Notes under the pieces: model-generated
Database searches by the model: none
Told to the model about the DNA's origin: nothing
Seen by the model: the letters and a program-made list of their open reading frames with translations, nothing else
Shown: piece after piece, positions 1 to 7,094 of the stretch
How the letters are laid out: each line of letters opens with the position of its first letter
Position numbering within the stretch: the stretch's first letter is position 1
Program-made: the position numbers and the translations under genes
From: a virus
Lineage: Duplodnaviria > Heunggongvirae > Uroviricota > Caudoviricetes
Direction: 5' to 3' (one strand)
Virus record (IMG/VR): IMGVR_UViG_2778261139_000010
DNA: 16,410 nucleotides

Positions 1-1230
1 ATGAGCAGAGCACTTAACAAACTGAGCGATACACAGCTGAGGAAAATCAACGGCACACCCGCCCAAAAAACAGCCTTTCTTAATGACGGTGGAAACCTGA
101 GCGTCAGGCATTCAACCAGTGGCCTTTTAACCTGGTATTTCACTTACAGGGCCGGAACGGGAAGGGGGGCACCACCGGAACGCATTAAGCTGGGAAATTA
201 TCCTGATCTGAGCCTGAAATCAGCCAGGGAAAAAGCGGCCCAGTGTCGCGCATGGCTGGCAGAGGGGAAAAATCCACGTCATGAAATGAATTACACCGTA
301 CAGGAAGCGTTAAAGCCGGTAACGGTTGGCGATGCGCTCACCTACTGGCTTGAGTCGTACGCAAAGGAAAACCGTGTGGATTATGACCCACTGAAAAAGC
401 GGCTAAATAATCACGTAATACAGCACATTGGCCCTATGCCGCTGGATAAATGCGAGCTACGGCACTGGCTGGCCTGTTTTGATCGGGTGGCAAAGAAAGC
501 CCCTGTTTCCGCCGGGTTCCTGCTACAGACATGCAAGCAGGCGCTTAAGTTCTGCAGGAAGCGGCGCTATGCAATCAGCAACGTTCTTGATGATATGAGT
601 GTGGCGGACGTTGGGAAAAAACCGGATATAAGTGAGCGTGTCTTAAGTAACAAAGAACTTGGCGAATTATTGCAGGCACTGGACAAAAAAATATTTTCCC
701 CTTACTACGTCGCACTAATCCGCCTCCTGATTGTTTTCGGATGCCGGACAGTAGAACTGAGGTTATCGGAGATCGGCGAGTGGGATTTTACCGAAATGCT
801 CTGGACCGTTCCGAAGGAGCACAGCAAAACGAAGGTAGCCATATTCCGGCCCATACCGGAAGCGATACTGCCGTTCGTCACGCAGCTGGTGGAGCAGAAC
901 AGGCACACGGGCTTATTGCTGGGGGAAGTGAAACAGGAAACCAGCGTATCGCAGTACGGCAGATTGGTGCACAGGAGGCTTAAACACCCTCACTGGTCAC
1001 TGCATGACATCCGGCGCACCTTTACAACCATGCTGAACGATTTAGGCGTTGATCCTCACGTCGTGGAGCAGCTTACAGGCCACCAGATGCCAGGAATGCA
1101 ACGCGTGTACAACCATTCCCGCTATATTGATGCGAAACGCAATGCGCTTGATATGTGGGTGGAGCGGTTGGAGATACTGGCGGGAACACATGAAAACGTA
1201 ACCACGCTACCAGTAACCAGAATAAAATAA
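1..1230 (+). CDS. int: Tyrosine site-specific integrase, P4-like family
   Basis: 409 aa. N-terminus has the P4-type arm-binding pattern (LNDGGNLSV..., IKLGNYPDLSLKSAREKA). C-terminal region has HDIRRTF and a terminal Y (RVYNHSRY) consistent with the catalytic R-H-R-Y signature. Confidence 0.9.
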   Translation: MSRALNKLSDTQLRKINGTPAQKTAFLNDGGNLSVRHSTSGLLTWYFTYRAGTGRGAPPERIKLGNYPDLSLKSAREKAAQCRAWLAEGKNPRHEMNYTVQEALKPVTVGDALTYWLESYAKENRVDYDPLKKRLNNHVIQHIGPMPLDKCELRHWLACFDRVAKKAPVSAGFLLQTCKQALKFCRKRRYAISNVLDDMSVADVGKKPDISERVLSNKELGELLQALDKKIFSPYYVALIRLLIVFGCRTVELRLSEIGEWDFTEMLWTVPKEHSKTKVAIFRPIPEAILPFVTQLVEQNRHTGLLLGEVKQETSVSQYGRLVHRRLKHPHWSLHDIRRTFTTMLNDLGVDPHVVEQLTGHQMPGMQRVYNHSRYIDAKRNALDMWVERLEILAGTHENVTTLPVTRIK

Positions 1231-1247
1231 TTTTTTTCGTGTTTTTT

Positions 1248-1263
1248 CAGTATGCGCATACTG
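1248..1263. promoter_or_regulatory. Perfect 16-bp palindrome CAGTATGCGCATACTG just 3' of int, preceded by a T-rich tract
   Basis: Read directly from the sequence; function unknown (possible protein-binding site). Confidence 0.4.
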
Positions 1264-1278
1264 GATAAGTGCACAGAT

Positions 1279-1322
1279 ACAACGTGAAACAATGTGCAAC
1301 AACGTGACACAATCACGAACAA
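1279..1322 (-). promoter_or_regulatory. Array A: four phased repeats of TTGT(T/G)(T/G)C on the minus strand at about 10-bp spacing
   Basis: Plus-strand reads GAAACAA (1286), GCAACAA (1296), GACACAA (1306), GAACAAG (1316). Same motif family as the arrays at 7406..7434 and 14802..14830. Confidence 0.5.
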
Positions 1323-1419
1323 GAGGCCAAAAAGAATACAGATTTATAAGTTACTGATTTTTAATGTTCAGCTGGTTTTTTATACATTAGTGAATTACGC
1401 GTTAAAGCGTGCGAAAAAA

Positions 1420-1450
1420 GGCATAAAACAAGATTTTATGCCTTTGTATT
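1420..1450. terminator. Hairpin GGCATAAAA-caaga-TTTTATGCC flanked by A-run upstream and T-rich tract downstream; possible bidirectional intrinsic terminator
   Basis: 9-bp perfect stem, 5-nt loop, followed by TTTGTATT on the plus strand and by CTTTTTT on the minus strand. Confidence 0.45.
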
Positions 1451-1604
1451 AACATGAATTTAAATGATTTTATCCTGATTATTCCTCTTTCTGTAAACCA
1501 TGCGACACCAACATTTGCCAACTCTGAATCATCCTGACACAATCAGACACATCCCAACGCAATAGAACACGAAATAACTCTTTAAGAAACGAAAGGGGGC
1601 AATA

Positions 1605-1793
1605 GTGTTAAGCACTGATCGGTTTATACGTGAAAAAGAATGCGAAAAGCTAACAGGCCTTAGCCGCTCATGCCGCTACCGCCTGGAAAAGGCCGGACAA
1701 TTCCCATCACGTCGTAAACTTGGCGGGCGTTCTGTTGGCTGGTCTTTATCTGAGGTTTTGGCCTGGAAGGATAGCTGCAAGGCAGTTCACTAA
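1605..1793 (+). CDS. alpA: AlpA-family phage transcriptional regulator (excisionase-like HTH)
   Basis: 62 aa, GTG start with SD AAAGGGGG 5-13 nt upstream. Sequence pattern typical of AlpA/Vis small HTH proteins; position directly after int. Confidence 0.8.
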   Translation: MLSTDRFIREKECEKLTGLSRSCRYRLEKAGQFPSRRKLGGRSVGWSLSEVLAWKDSCKAVH

Positions 1794-1973
1794 AAAGACT
1801 GGCGGCACACAGCCACCACCAATCCATTATTGACCGATACCGGGATCTCGGTATCGGGAATAAACGCCATAATACTGAGGTATAACCATGATGAAATATA
1901 CGCCCGTACAGGGGCGGGGATTCGTTCGCCCTGGTGAATCTGAAAAGCCATGCTATAGGGTATTTTCAGGCAT

Positions 1974-2007
1974 AAAAAAAGCGGTCCCGATATGGAACCG
2001 CCTTTCT
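1974..2007 (-). terminator. Intrinsic terminator for the minus-strand small-gene transcript
   Basis: Minus strand reads GCGGTTCC-atatc-GGGACCGC (one mismatch in stem) followed by TTTTTTT; lies about 65 nt downstream of the minus-strand ORF ending at 2070. Confidence 0.5.
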
Positions 2008-2069
2008 GAACAATTAACCCGCTGCGCCGTATGTGTCAACAATCATAAGCCCGAACATGATAACCGTGA

Positions 2070-2273
2070 TCAGGCTGGTGGGCAATTACCTTGCTTGTTG
2101 GGGCCGTATTGTGCTGCCATTTTCATCCGTTCAGAACGTGAATATTTTTTTAGAAACTCATCAAGGACAAAAGCGCATGGAGCGAATCTTTCTGATTCAT
2201 GCTCGAGCGCCATATTTTCGTGCTCTCTGTTCGTTTTTTGCGATGGTGTATTGGTTGATTCTTTATTGGTCAT
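2070..2273 (-). CDS. Hypothetical small protein downstream of RHH-1
   Basis: 67 aa; ATG ACC AA start exactly 57 nt after the RHH-1 stop, same arrangement as 2787..3014 after RHH-2. Weak SD. No recognisable family. Confidence 0.4.
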   Translation of the reverse strand: MTNKESTNTPSQKTNREHENMALEHESERFAPCAFVLDEFLKKYSRSERMKMAAQYGPNKQGNCPPA

Positions 2274-2281
2274 TGTGTGTA

Positions 2282-2364
2282 CCTGTAAAGCAATGCGCCG
2301 TAGTACCTCACGCCACGGCGCTGATAGTAATTATTCTGATTCTTTGGCCTTGCGGCGCTGGCGG
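2282..2364. repeat. Copy 1 of an 83-nt near-identical repeat spanning the RHH-1 3' end and the downstream intergenic hairpin
   Basis: 3 mismatches in 83 nt versus 3023..3105, while the rest of the two RHH genes has diverged. Confidence 0.85.
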
Positions 2365-2510
2365 CGTTTGATCTCGCCTTTTGCTGCCGTAACTAGAAAT
2401 CCGGCGGTACTTTCGCCAGGTTCTTTAAGTTGCTCAATATCGGTCATTACCTCATGCGGGATTCTGACCGTTGTCATTTGTGATTTTGCGTTCTTTGCAC
2501 CTGTTGCCAT
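2331..2510 (-). CDS. Ribbon-helix-helix-like DNA-binding protein (RHH-1), candidate repressor
   Basis: 59 aa MATGAKNAKSQMTTVRIPHEVMTDIEQLKEPGESTAGFLVTAAKGEIKRRQRRKAKESE. Strong SD AGGAG 8 nt upstream. Beta-strand (TVRIP), helix, G-E-S turn, helix pattern. Paralog of 3072..3251. Confidence 0.65.
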   Translation of the reverse strand: MATGAKNAKSQMTTVRIPHEVMTDIEQLKEPGESTAGFLVTAAKGEIKRRQRRKAKESE

Positions 2511-2530
2511 TTCTGGTTCTCCTGATAATC

Positions 2531-2623
2531 GGTGTATTTCAGTATACGCAAAAAAAAAGATAAAAAAAGTCTTGCGGTGTATTTCACCTGAATGTAGATT
2601 TAAAAATAAAGGTGAAATACACC
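2531..2623. promoter_or_regulatory. Module-1 operator cluster: GGTGTATTTCA (2531), GGTGTATTTCACC (2576) and its exact inverse GGTGAAATACACC (2611), bracketing a sigma70-like rightward promoter (TTGCGG 2572..2577, 17-bp spacer, TAGATT 2595..2600)
   Basis: Exact repeats and inverted repeats read from the sequence. Promoter assignment is by eye from hexamer match and spacing. Confidence 0.55.
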
Positions 2624-2786
2624 CAAAACAACAACGCCCCGCAGTGATGGGAACACATACGGGGCGTCTAACCAAACCATTAATTGAGGTAACGATTATG
2701 GCTATAAAAGAGCATAGCTTACTCTTTATACACACACAAACGCCCCGGAAACGGAATAATCCGTTTCATAGTTCGGTTTTGTGTAC

Positions 2787-3014
2787 TCATCCTGGCGGGC
2801 GATTCTTACGGGACTTTAGCCGCCGTGGGCAGCTTGCTAAAAATGCCTCCAACGCGAATAGTCCAGGTTTCATTTCTATCGGTATTAGTTGGATATTCAG
2901 AGGATTAGCCAGTTCGGCTTCAAGGCGAGCACAGGTTTCTAACTGCCTTTGCCGAATGATTTCATCTTCTTGCGTCTGCGTGTCTTGTATTGGTGATAGT
3001 GTGTTGTTGGTCAT
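2787..3014 (-). CDS. Hypothetical small protein downstream of RHH-2
   Basis: 75 aa; ATG ACC AA start 57 nt after the RHH-2 stop. Central region looks coiled-coil-like (EDEIIRQRQLETCARLEAELA). No recognisable family. Confidence 0.4.
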   Translation of the reverse strand: MTNNTLSPIQDTQTQEDEIIRQRQLETCARLEAELANPLNIQLIPIEMKPGLFALEAFLASCPRRLKSRKNRPPG

Positions 3015-3022
3015 GATACTGC

Positions 3023-3105
3023 CCTGTAAAGCAATGCGCCGTAGTACCTCACACCACGGCGCTGATAGTGATTATTCTGATTCTTTGGCCTTGCGACGCT
3101 GGCGG
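3023..3105. repeat. Copy 2 of the 83-nt near-identical repeat (RHH-2 3' end plus intergenic hairpin)
   Basis: See 2282..2364. Confidence 0.85.
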
Positions 3106-3251
3106 TATTCAACTTCCCGCTTTAATGCAGCTGTAACAAACTGCCCTGTACTTTCGCCGGGCATTTTTACCGCCTCAACATTGTTCATAACTTCATGTGG
3201 AACCCTTGCCGCAACTGTTTGTGATTTTGCGTTTACTGCTTTTGTCGCCAT
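3072..3251 (-). CDS. Ribbon-helix-helix-like DNA-binding protein (RHH-2), candidate repressor of the rightward early operon
   Basis: 59 aa MATKAVNAKSQTVAARVPHEVMNNVEAVKMPGESTGQFVTAALKREVEYRQRRKAKESE. Strong SD GAGGGGGG upstream. Below the 60-aa cutoff of the ORF track, found by reverse-complementing the repeat. Confidence 0.65.
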   Translation of the reverse strand: MATKAVNAKSQTVAARVPHEVMNNVEAVKMPGESTGQFVTAALKREVEYRQRRKAKESE

Positions 3252-3301
3252 GTTGAGCCCCCCTCATAAAAAACAAATGCAGTATGCAGGAAAAAAAATA
3301 A

Positions 3302-3354
3302 GTGTTCAACACTTGACGTGTTTAACACCTCGATTTAAATTGGTGTTCAACACC
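3302..3354. promoter_or_regulatory. Module-2 operator cluster: palindromes GTGTTCAACAC (3302), GTGTTTAACAC (3318), GGTGTTCAACACC (3342), overlapping a sigma70-like rightward promoter (TTGACG 3313..3318, 17-bp spacer, TAAATT 3336..3341)
   Basis: Three copies of a self-complementary 11-13 bp site positioned at -35, in the spacer and just after -10. Classical repressor/operator geometry. Confidence 0.6.
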
Positions 3355-3443
3355 TTATTTAGGCAAGGTGTAGAAACGACGAAACCCCGCACTGTAGGAG
3401 CAGTAACGGGGCTTCTAACCAACAACGTAAACGAGGAGCCGTT

Positions 3444-3641
3444 ATGGTTGCCGTAAATCATATACCACACCTTGTACACACACAAACTGCCTTTGTGTGG
3501 CGTTTTCTGGCCCTGAGTGCCGGAGAATCTCAAATCATCCACGTAACCGCCTGGACGGAACGCGAAGCGCGTAGCCGTTGCCCGTCCGGTTGTGTTGCTG
3601 TATTTGCCGCCCGTATTCGTCAGGAGGTGCGCCATGATTAA
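3444..3641 (+). CDS. Small protein resembling Icd-like (host cell-division inhibitor-like) proteins of P1/P4-type elements; first gene of the early operon
   Basis: 65 aa, SD GAGGA 6 nt upstream. FVWRFLAL...TEREAR...VFAAR pattern recalled from Icd-like annotations; family call is from memory. Confidence 0.45.
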   Translation: MVAVNHIPHLVHTQTAFVWRFLALSAGESQIIHVTAWTEREARSRCPSGCVAVFAARIRQEVRHD

Positions 3642-3846
3642 TCTGTCACTTACTGACCTTAACCGCATTCAGTTTCGTGAGAAATTCACAGGGCAGCTAC
3701 TGGTCAATGTGGATAAAGGTCGCGTGGTGTGTAATTACCACTTACCAGATGAAGCAATTGTCGCCACAAGGGAATCATTACAGGAAATCACAAAACGTGC
3801 CGGAATGATTAACACGAATATTCAGGGGATGCTTTATGCACAATAA
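3634..3846 (+). CDS. Hypothetical protein (early operon)
   Basis: 70 aa from ATG 3634, overlapping the stop of the upstream gene (translational coupling). No recognisable family. Confidence 0.5.
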   Translation: MINLSLTDLNRIQFREKFTGQLLVNVDKGRVVCNYHLPDEAIVATRESLQEITKRAGMINTNIQGMLYAQ

Positions 3847-4075
3847 AACCACACCGGACGCAGCCGCCGAAGCCATCAAAACGCTGATGCACGCGCTGAT
3901 TGATATTTCTGTTATCGCGGACAGGGCACATAAGCACGCCACCAGTGAAACAGAATATGCCGGGGCTTTCGTTCCTCATTCGCTGGCGGTTATGCAACTT
4001 AGTGCTGATATGGCGCTGAATGAGGCCAAAGCTATCCTGATTGCTGATTGTGAAAATGGGGGGGGTTATGCGTGA
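3836..4075 (+). CDS. Hypothetical protein (early operon)
   Basis: 79 aa; ATG overlaps the upstream stop; AGGGG SD. Confidence 0.55.
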   Translation: MHNKTTPDAAAEAIKTLMHALIDISVIADRAHKHATSETEYAGAFVPHSLAVMQLSADMALNEAKAILIADCENGGGYA

Positions 4076-4289
4076 TGATCGTTTTTATTCCCTGAAACAA
4101 GAATTTTCCGGCGTATCTGATGATGCGGCTGATGCGCTTTCGTCAATGCCAGAACTTATTAGAGCGGCTTTTTTCTTACTTTCCACGAAAGAATATAAAT
4201 CAACTGGAATAGACGTACTGAATATTGCTGCCGATTATGCTGATTTCGTGACAGAAGTTATTTTAAGAAAAACGACGGACGGGGATTAA
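4068..4289 (+). CDS. Hypothetical protein (early operon)
   Basis: About 73 aa from ATG 4068 (GGGGGG SD; ATGcgTGA overlap with upstream stop). The ORF track's start at 4041 is TTG; ATG 4056 is an alternative. Confidence 0.5.
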   Translation: MRDDRFYSLKQEFSGVSDDAADALSSMPELIRAAFFLLSTKEYKSTGIDVLNIAADYADFVTEVILRKTTDGD

Positions 4290-4290
4290 T

Positions 4291-4524
4291 ATGCGAGATA
4301 TTTACCACAAAACAACAGATCGCGTATTTCTTGCACTTTCTCACAGTGAAAACATGCTGGAAATATTGCGCATATGGCTTGAAACACTTGGCGACAATGA
4401 ACGCGACAAACAAAAATCAAGAATTGCCACGGCATTAATAACGCTTCTTGAGCCTGTAATAAATGAGTTGCAGGAAATAGAGACATTACACGACCAGTAT
4501 AAAGCGCCCCACACCGGAGAATAA
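4291..4524 (+). CDS. Hypothetical protein (early operon)
   Basis: 77 aa; starts 1 nt after the upstream stop. Confidence 0.55.
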   Translation: MRDIYHKTTDRVFLALSHSENMLEILRIWLETLGDNERDKQKSRIATALITLLEPVINELQEIETLHDQYKAPHTGE

Positions 4525-4529
4525 AAATA

Positions 4530-4829
4530 ATGAAACTTAAATATTCTGGCTTAACTGCCAGTGGCAACACTCACCCTAAATTTACGCGCGGTGATATTTA
4601 CCGCGACCAGTACGGCGGCACGGTAATGATTAAGGGCGTGGCGGGACGGTGCGTAACTTACCGCCGTGAAGGTTACGAATATGATTGCGTGATGCCTGTT
4701 TATCAGTTCCGGCGTGATTTTTCTCTGGTACAGACCGCGCCGCATAACGTGCCCACCAGCAGGGAGAAAGCACGCGCCAATATTCAGAAGATGAAAAACA
4801 TGATTAACGGATTCAGGGGCAAGAAATGA
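4530..4829 (+). CDS. Hypothetical protein (early operon, immediately upstream of rep)
   Basis: 99 aa; GGAGA SD; stop overlaps the rep start (ATGA). Confidence 0.55.
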   Translation: MKLKYSGLTASGNTHPKFTRGDIYRDQYGGTVMIKGVAGRCVTYRREGYEYDCVMPVYQFRRDFSLVQTAPHNVPTSREKARANIQKMKNMINGFRGKK

Positions 4830-6223
4830 AAAGCGCACCGAACTTAAAAAAACAGCCTTACGACAAGATGACCGAAGTCATCATTTTTGCGGGTAGTGAT
4901 GCGTGGGCACATGCGAAACAGTGGCAGGAACAGGACGGGCGACTGGCTGGCGATAATGTGCCTCCCATTGTGCTGGCTGATGATCAACTGGATGAACTGG
5001 CAGACCTGAGAATCATCGACGAGGGGCGCTATTGTGTCCGGCTGTACAAGGCAGGCCACATCAGGCCATCAAATATTAATGCCATTGCGCACAAGCTGGC
5101 GGCGGCGGGCGTAACTGATGCGAATTATTACCCCGAAGGGATACACAGCCAGAAGCGGGAGAACTGGCGCGAATATCTGGAACGGGAGCGGGGGAAAAAG
5201 CCAGGGGAAGAACACCACCAGCGAAAAACCACGCTACCGATGAGCGTTGGATCTGCCGGATACGACACGCAATTAGATTACGTGGTAAAGGGGATTATTC
5301 CGGCATCGTCGCTATGCAGCATATACGGGGCAAGCGGTTCCTATAAATCATTCCTTGCGGGTTCGTGGGCGTGTCACGTTTCCACGGGCCGCCAGTGGGG
5401 AGGCCGCAGGGTGGCGCATGGCGCTGTTCTCTATGTGGTTGGTGAAGGCGGTATCGGCGTTCCGCGTCGTGTAAAAGCCTGGGAAGTTGTGCACGGTGAG
5501 CAGGTAAAAAATCTGTATCTGGTAAACCGTCCGGTCTTTCCGGCGGTCCCGCTTGATGTTGATGAAATGGTTATCGCTGCCCGTCAGGTGGAGCGGGAAA
5601 CGGGTAAACCTGTACGCATGATTATTCTGGATACGCTGGCGCGTTGCTTTGGTGGGAATGATGAAAATGATTCCCGTGATATGGGGGCGTTTATCCGTGG
5701 TTGTGACGAACTGAAACGACGCACAGGGGCCACGGTGCTGGTGGTTCACCATTCCGGCAAGGATGAGACGAAAGGCGCGCGCGGTTCCAGTGCATTTCGT
5801 GCATCACTGGATGCTGAATACCGGATACGCAGGGAGGACGCAGGAAGCGAAGCGCTGGTTATCTCATGCACCAAAATGAAGGACGCGGAGGAACTCAAAG
5901 AAGCCGCATATGACTTACGCGTGGTGGAGCTGTTTACCGACGCTGACGGGGAGTTAATCACGTCGCTGGTGGTGGTGGATAAGCCGCGCCCTCCCGTTGA
6001 ACTGGAGCGCATCGAGGAGGCAGGCAACAAGACGGAAAACCATACCGCACTATGGGGGTGCATCCGTTCACGCACACAGAACGGCGACAAGTGCACGATC
6101 CCGCTGTTACGTGATGACATGAAACGGCTTGGGTATGACGTGAAAAATATGCGGCGATGGTTAGCCAAACTGGAAAAAGACGCCGTGATTTACATTGATG
6201 GTGATGATGTAGGACCACTGTAA
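4826..6223 (+). CDS. RepA-like AAA ATPase / replicative helicase-type replication initiator (satellite rep)
   Basis: 465 aa. Walker A-like GASGSYKS and Walker B-like MIILDTLA. Followed immediately by an iteron array. No obvious primase motifs seen by eye. Confidence 0.7.
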   Translation: MKSAPNLKKQPYDKMTEVIIFAGSDAWAHAKQWQEQDGRLAGDNVPPIVLADDQLDELADLRIIDEGRYCVRLYKAGHIRPSNINAIAHKLAAAGVTDANYYPEGIHSQKRENWREYLERERGKKPGEEHHQRKTTLPMSVGSAGYDTQLDYVVKGIIPASSLCSIYGASGSYKSFLAGSWACHVSTGRQWGGRRVAHGAVLYVVGEGGIGVPRRVKAWEVVHGEQVKNLYLVNRPVFPAVPLDVDEMVIAARQVERETGKPVRMIILDTLARCFGGNDENDSRDMGAFIRGCDELKRRTGATVLVVHHSGKDETKGARGSSAFRASLDAEYRIRREDAGSEALVISCTKMKDAEELKEAAYDLRVVELFTDADGELITSLVVVDKPRPPVELERIEEAGNKTENHTALWGCIRSRTQNGDKCTIPLLRDDMKRLGYDVKNMRRWLAKLEKDAVIYIDGDDVGPL

Positions 6224-6423
6224 AAAGTGAGTAGCAAAAGTGAGTAATGGTGAGGTTTTTACAAAATATTAACACGATTACTCACTTTCTCACCTGTATA
6301 CATGCTCAAAAGTGAGGAGTAAAAAAATCATTATGAAACATACACATAAAGCATCAAAAAATATCAAGTGAGACGAAGCGAGACGCTTTAAAAAGTGAGG
6401 TGTAAAAGTGAGCATGAGTGAGG
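6222..6423. repeat. Iteron array, candidate replication origin: at least 9 direct and 2 inverted copies of AAAAGTGAG(G) interspersed with AT-rich spacers
   Basis: GTGAG cores at 6227, 6240, 6251, 6313, 6368, 6396, 6408, 6419, plus inverted copies at 6281..6294. Location directly 3' of rep matches the usual PICI/SaPI origin position. Confidence 0.65.
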
Positions 6424-6677
6424 AGATAACCAAAATGCGCAGAGACAGAACAGGGCCGAAATATAAAGCGTTAGACATGACAGAGCACGCCTTAAAGGTG
6501 GCAATCAGGGTAATAGACCGCCACGCGGGGGAAGGATACGCGAAAGCACATCCCGAACTGATAAGCGCATTCATGACCACGACGGCGGCAAATTTTGCCA
6601 CGCTGACAGAGCGGGAGATTGCCGAAGCGGAACAGGTAACAACCATCAACGTTAAAACCGGAGAGGTGGAATTATGA
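6414..6677 (+). CDS. Hypothetical protein
   Basis: About 87 aa from ATG 6414 (GTG 6408 also possible); stop overlaps the ssb start. The start overlaps the last iterons. Confidence 0.5.
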   Translation: MSEEITKMRRDRTGPKYKALDMTEHALKVAIRVIDRHAGEGYAKAHPELISAFMTTTAANFATLTEREIAEAEQVTTINVKTGEVEL

Positions 6678-7084
6678 CGGCACAGATAGCCGCTTACGGG
6701 CGGCTGGTGGACGACCCGCTGGTAAAACAGAGCAGCAAGGGCACACCGATGACTCTGGCGCGTATGGCGGTATCGTTGCCATGCAGCCAGGCACATGACG
6801 GACAGGCGACGTTATGGTTATCGGTTATCGCATTTGGCAAACAGGCCGATTTCCTGGCTAAACATCAAAAAGGCGATGTTGCCAGCGTATCCGGCACGAT
6901 GCAGGTAAGCCAGTGGACCGGACAGAACGGGGAAACGCGGCGGGGGTATCAGGTTATTGCAGACAGCGTAATCAGTGCCCGCGCGGCACGTCCAGGCGGG
7001 AACAGACGCAAAACCACAGGCACACAGGGTAATCAGCCACCAGCGGGAGGCGATGACCCTTACGGTGACGGTATTCCGTTCTGA
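6674..7084 (+). CDS. ssb: Single-stranded DNA-binding protein
   Basis: 136 aa; OB-fold-like N-terminal region, Gly/Pro/Gln-rich linker, C-terminal acidic tip DPYGDGIPF resembling the SSB DDDIPF tail. Confidence 0.8.
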   Translation: MTAQIAAYGRLVDDPLVKQSSKGTPMTLARMAVSLPCSQAHDGQATLWLSVIAFGKQADFLAKHQKGDVASVSGTMQVSQWTGQNGETRRGYQVIADSVISARAARPGGNRRKTTGTQGNQPPAGGDDPYGDGIPF

Positions 7085-7094
7085 GGGGGTGACG

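Noticed and set aside
1888-3456. 522-aa plus-strand ORF with an internal repeat
   Set aside because: It is the antisense and readthrough of the two tandem RHH modules; the internal repeat mirrors the duplicated DNA. No ribosome-binding site, an implausible low-complexity Cys/Ser-rich translation, and it overlaps well-supported minus-strand genes.
5348-6275. Minus-strand ORFs 5348..5752, 5746..6168 and 5958..6275
   Set aside because: They lie entirely antisense within the rep gene and have low-complexity translations; typical spurious antisense ORFs.
6222-6423. Possible CRISPR array, given the short direct repeats
   Set aside because: The repeats are only 9-10 bp with irregular short spacers and include inverted copies, and the array sits directly 3' of a rep gene. 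This is an iteron origin, not a CRISPR array.
6290-6796. Minus-strand 168-aa ORF
   Set aside because: Antisense to the iteron region, the small ORF and the start of ssb; no start context; the plus-strand genes are better supported by coupling and the SSB signature.
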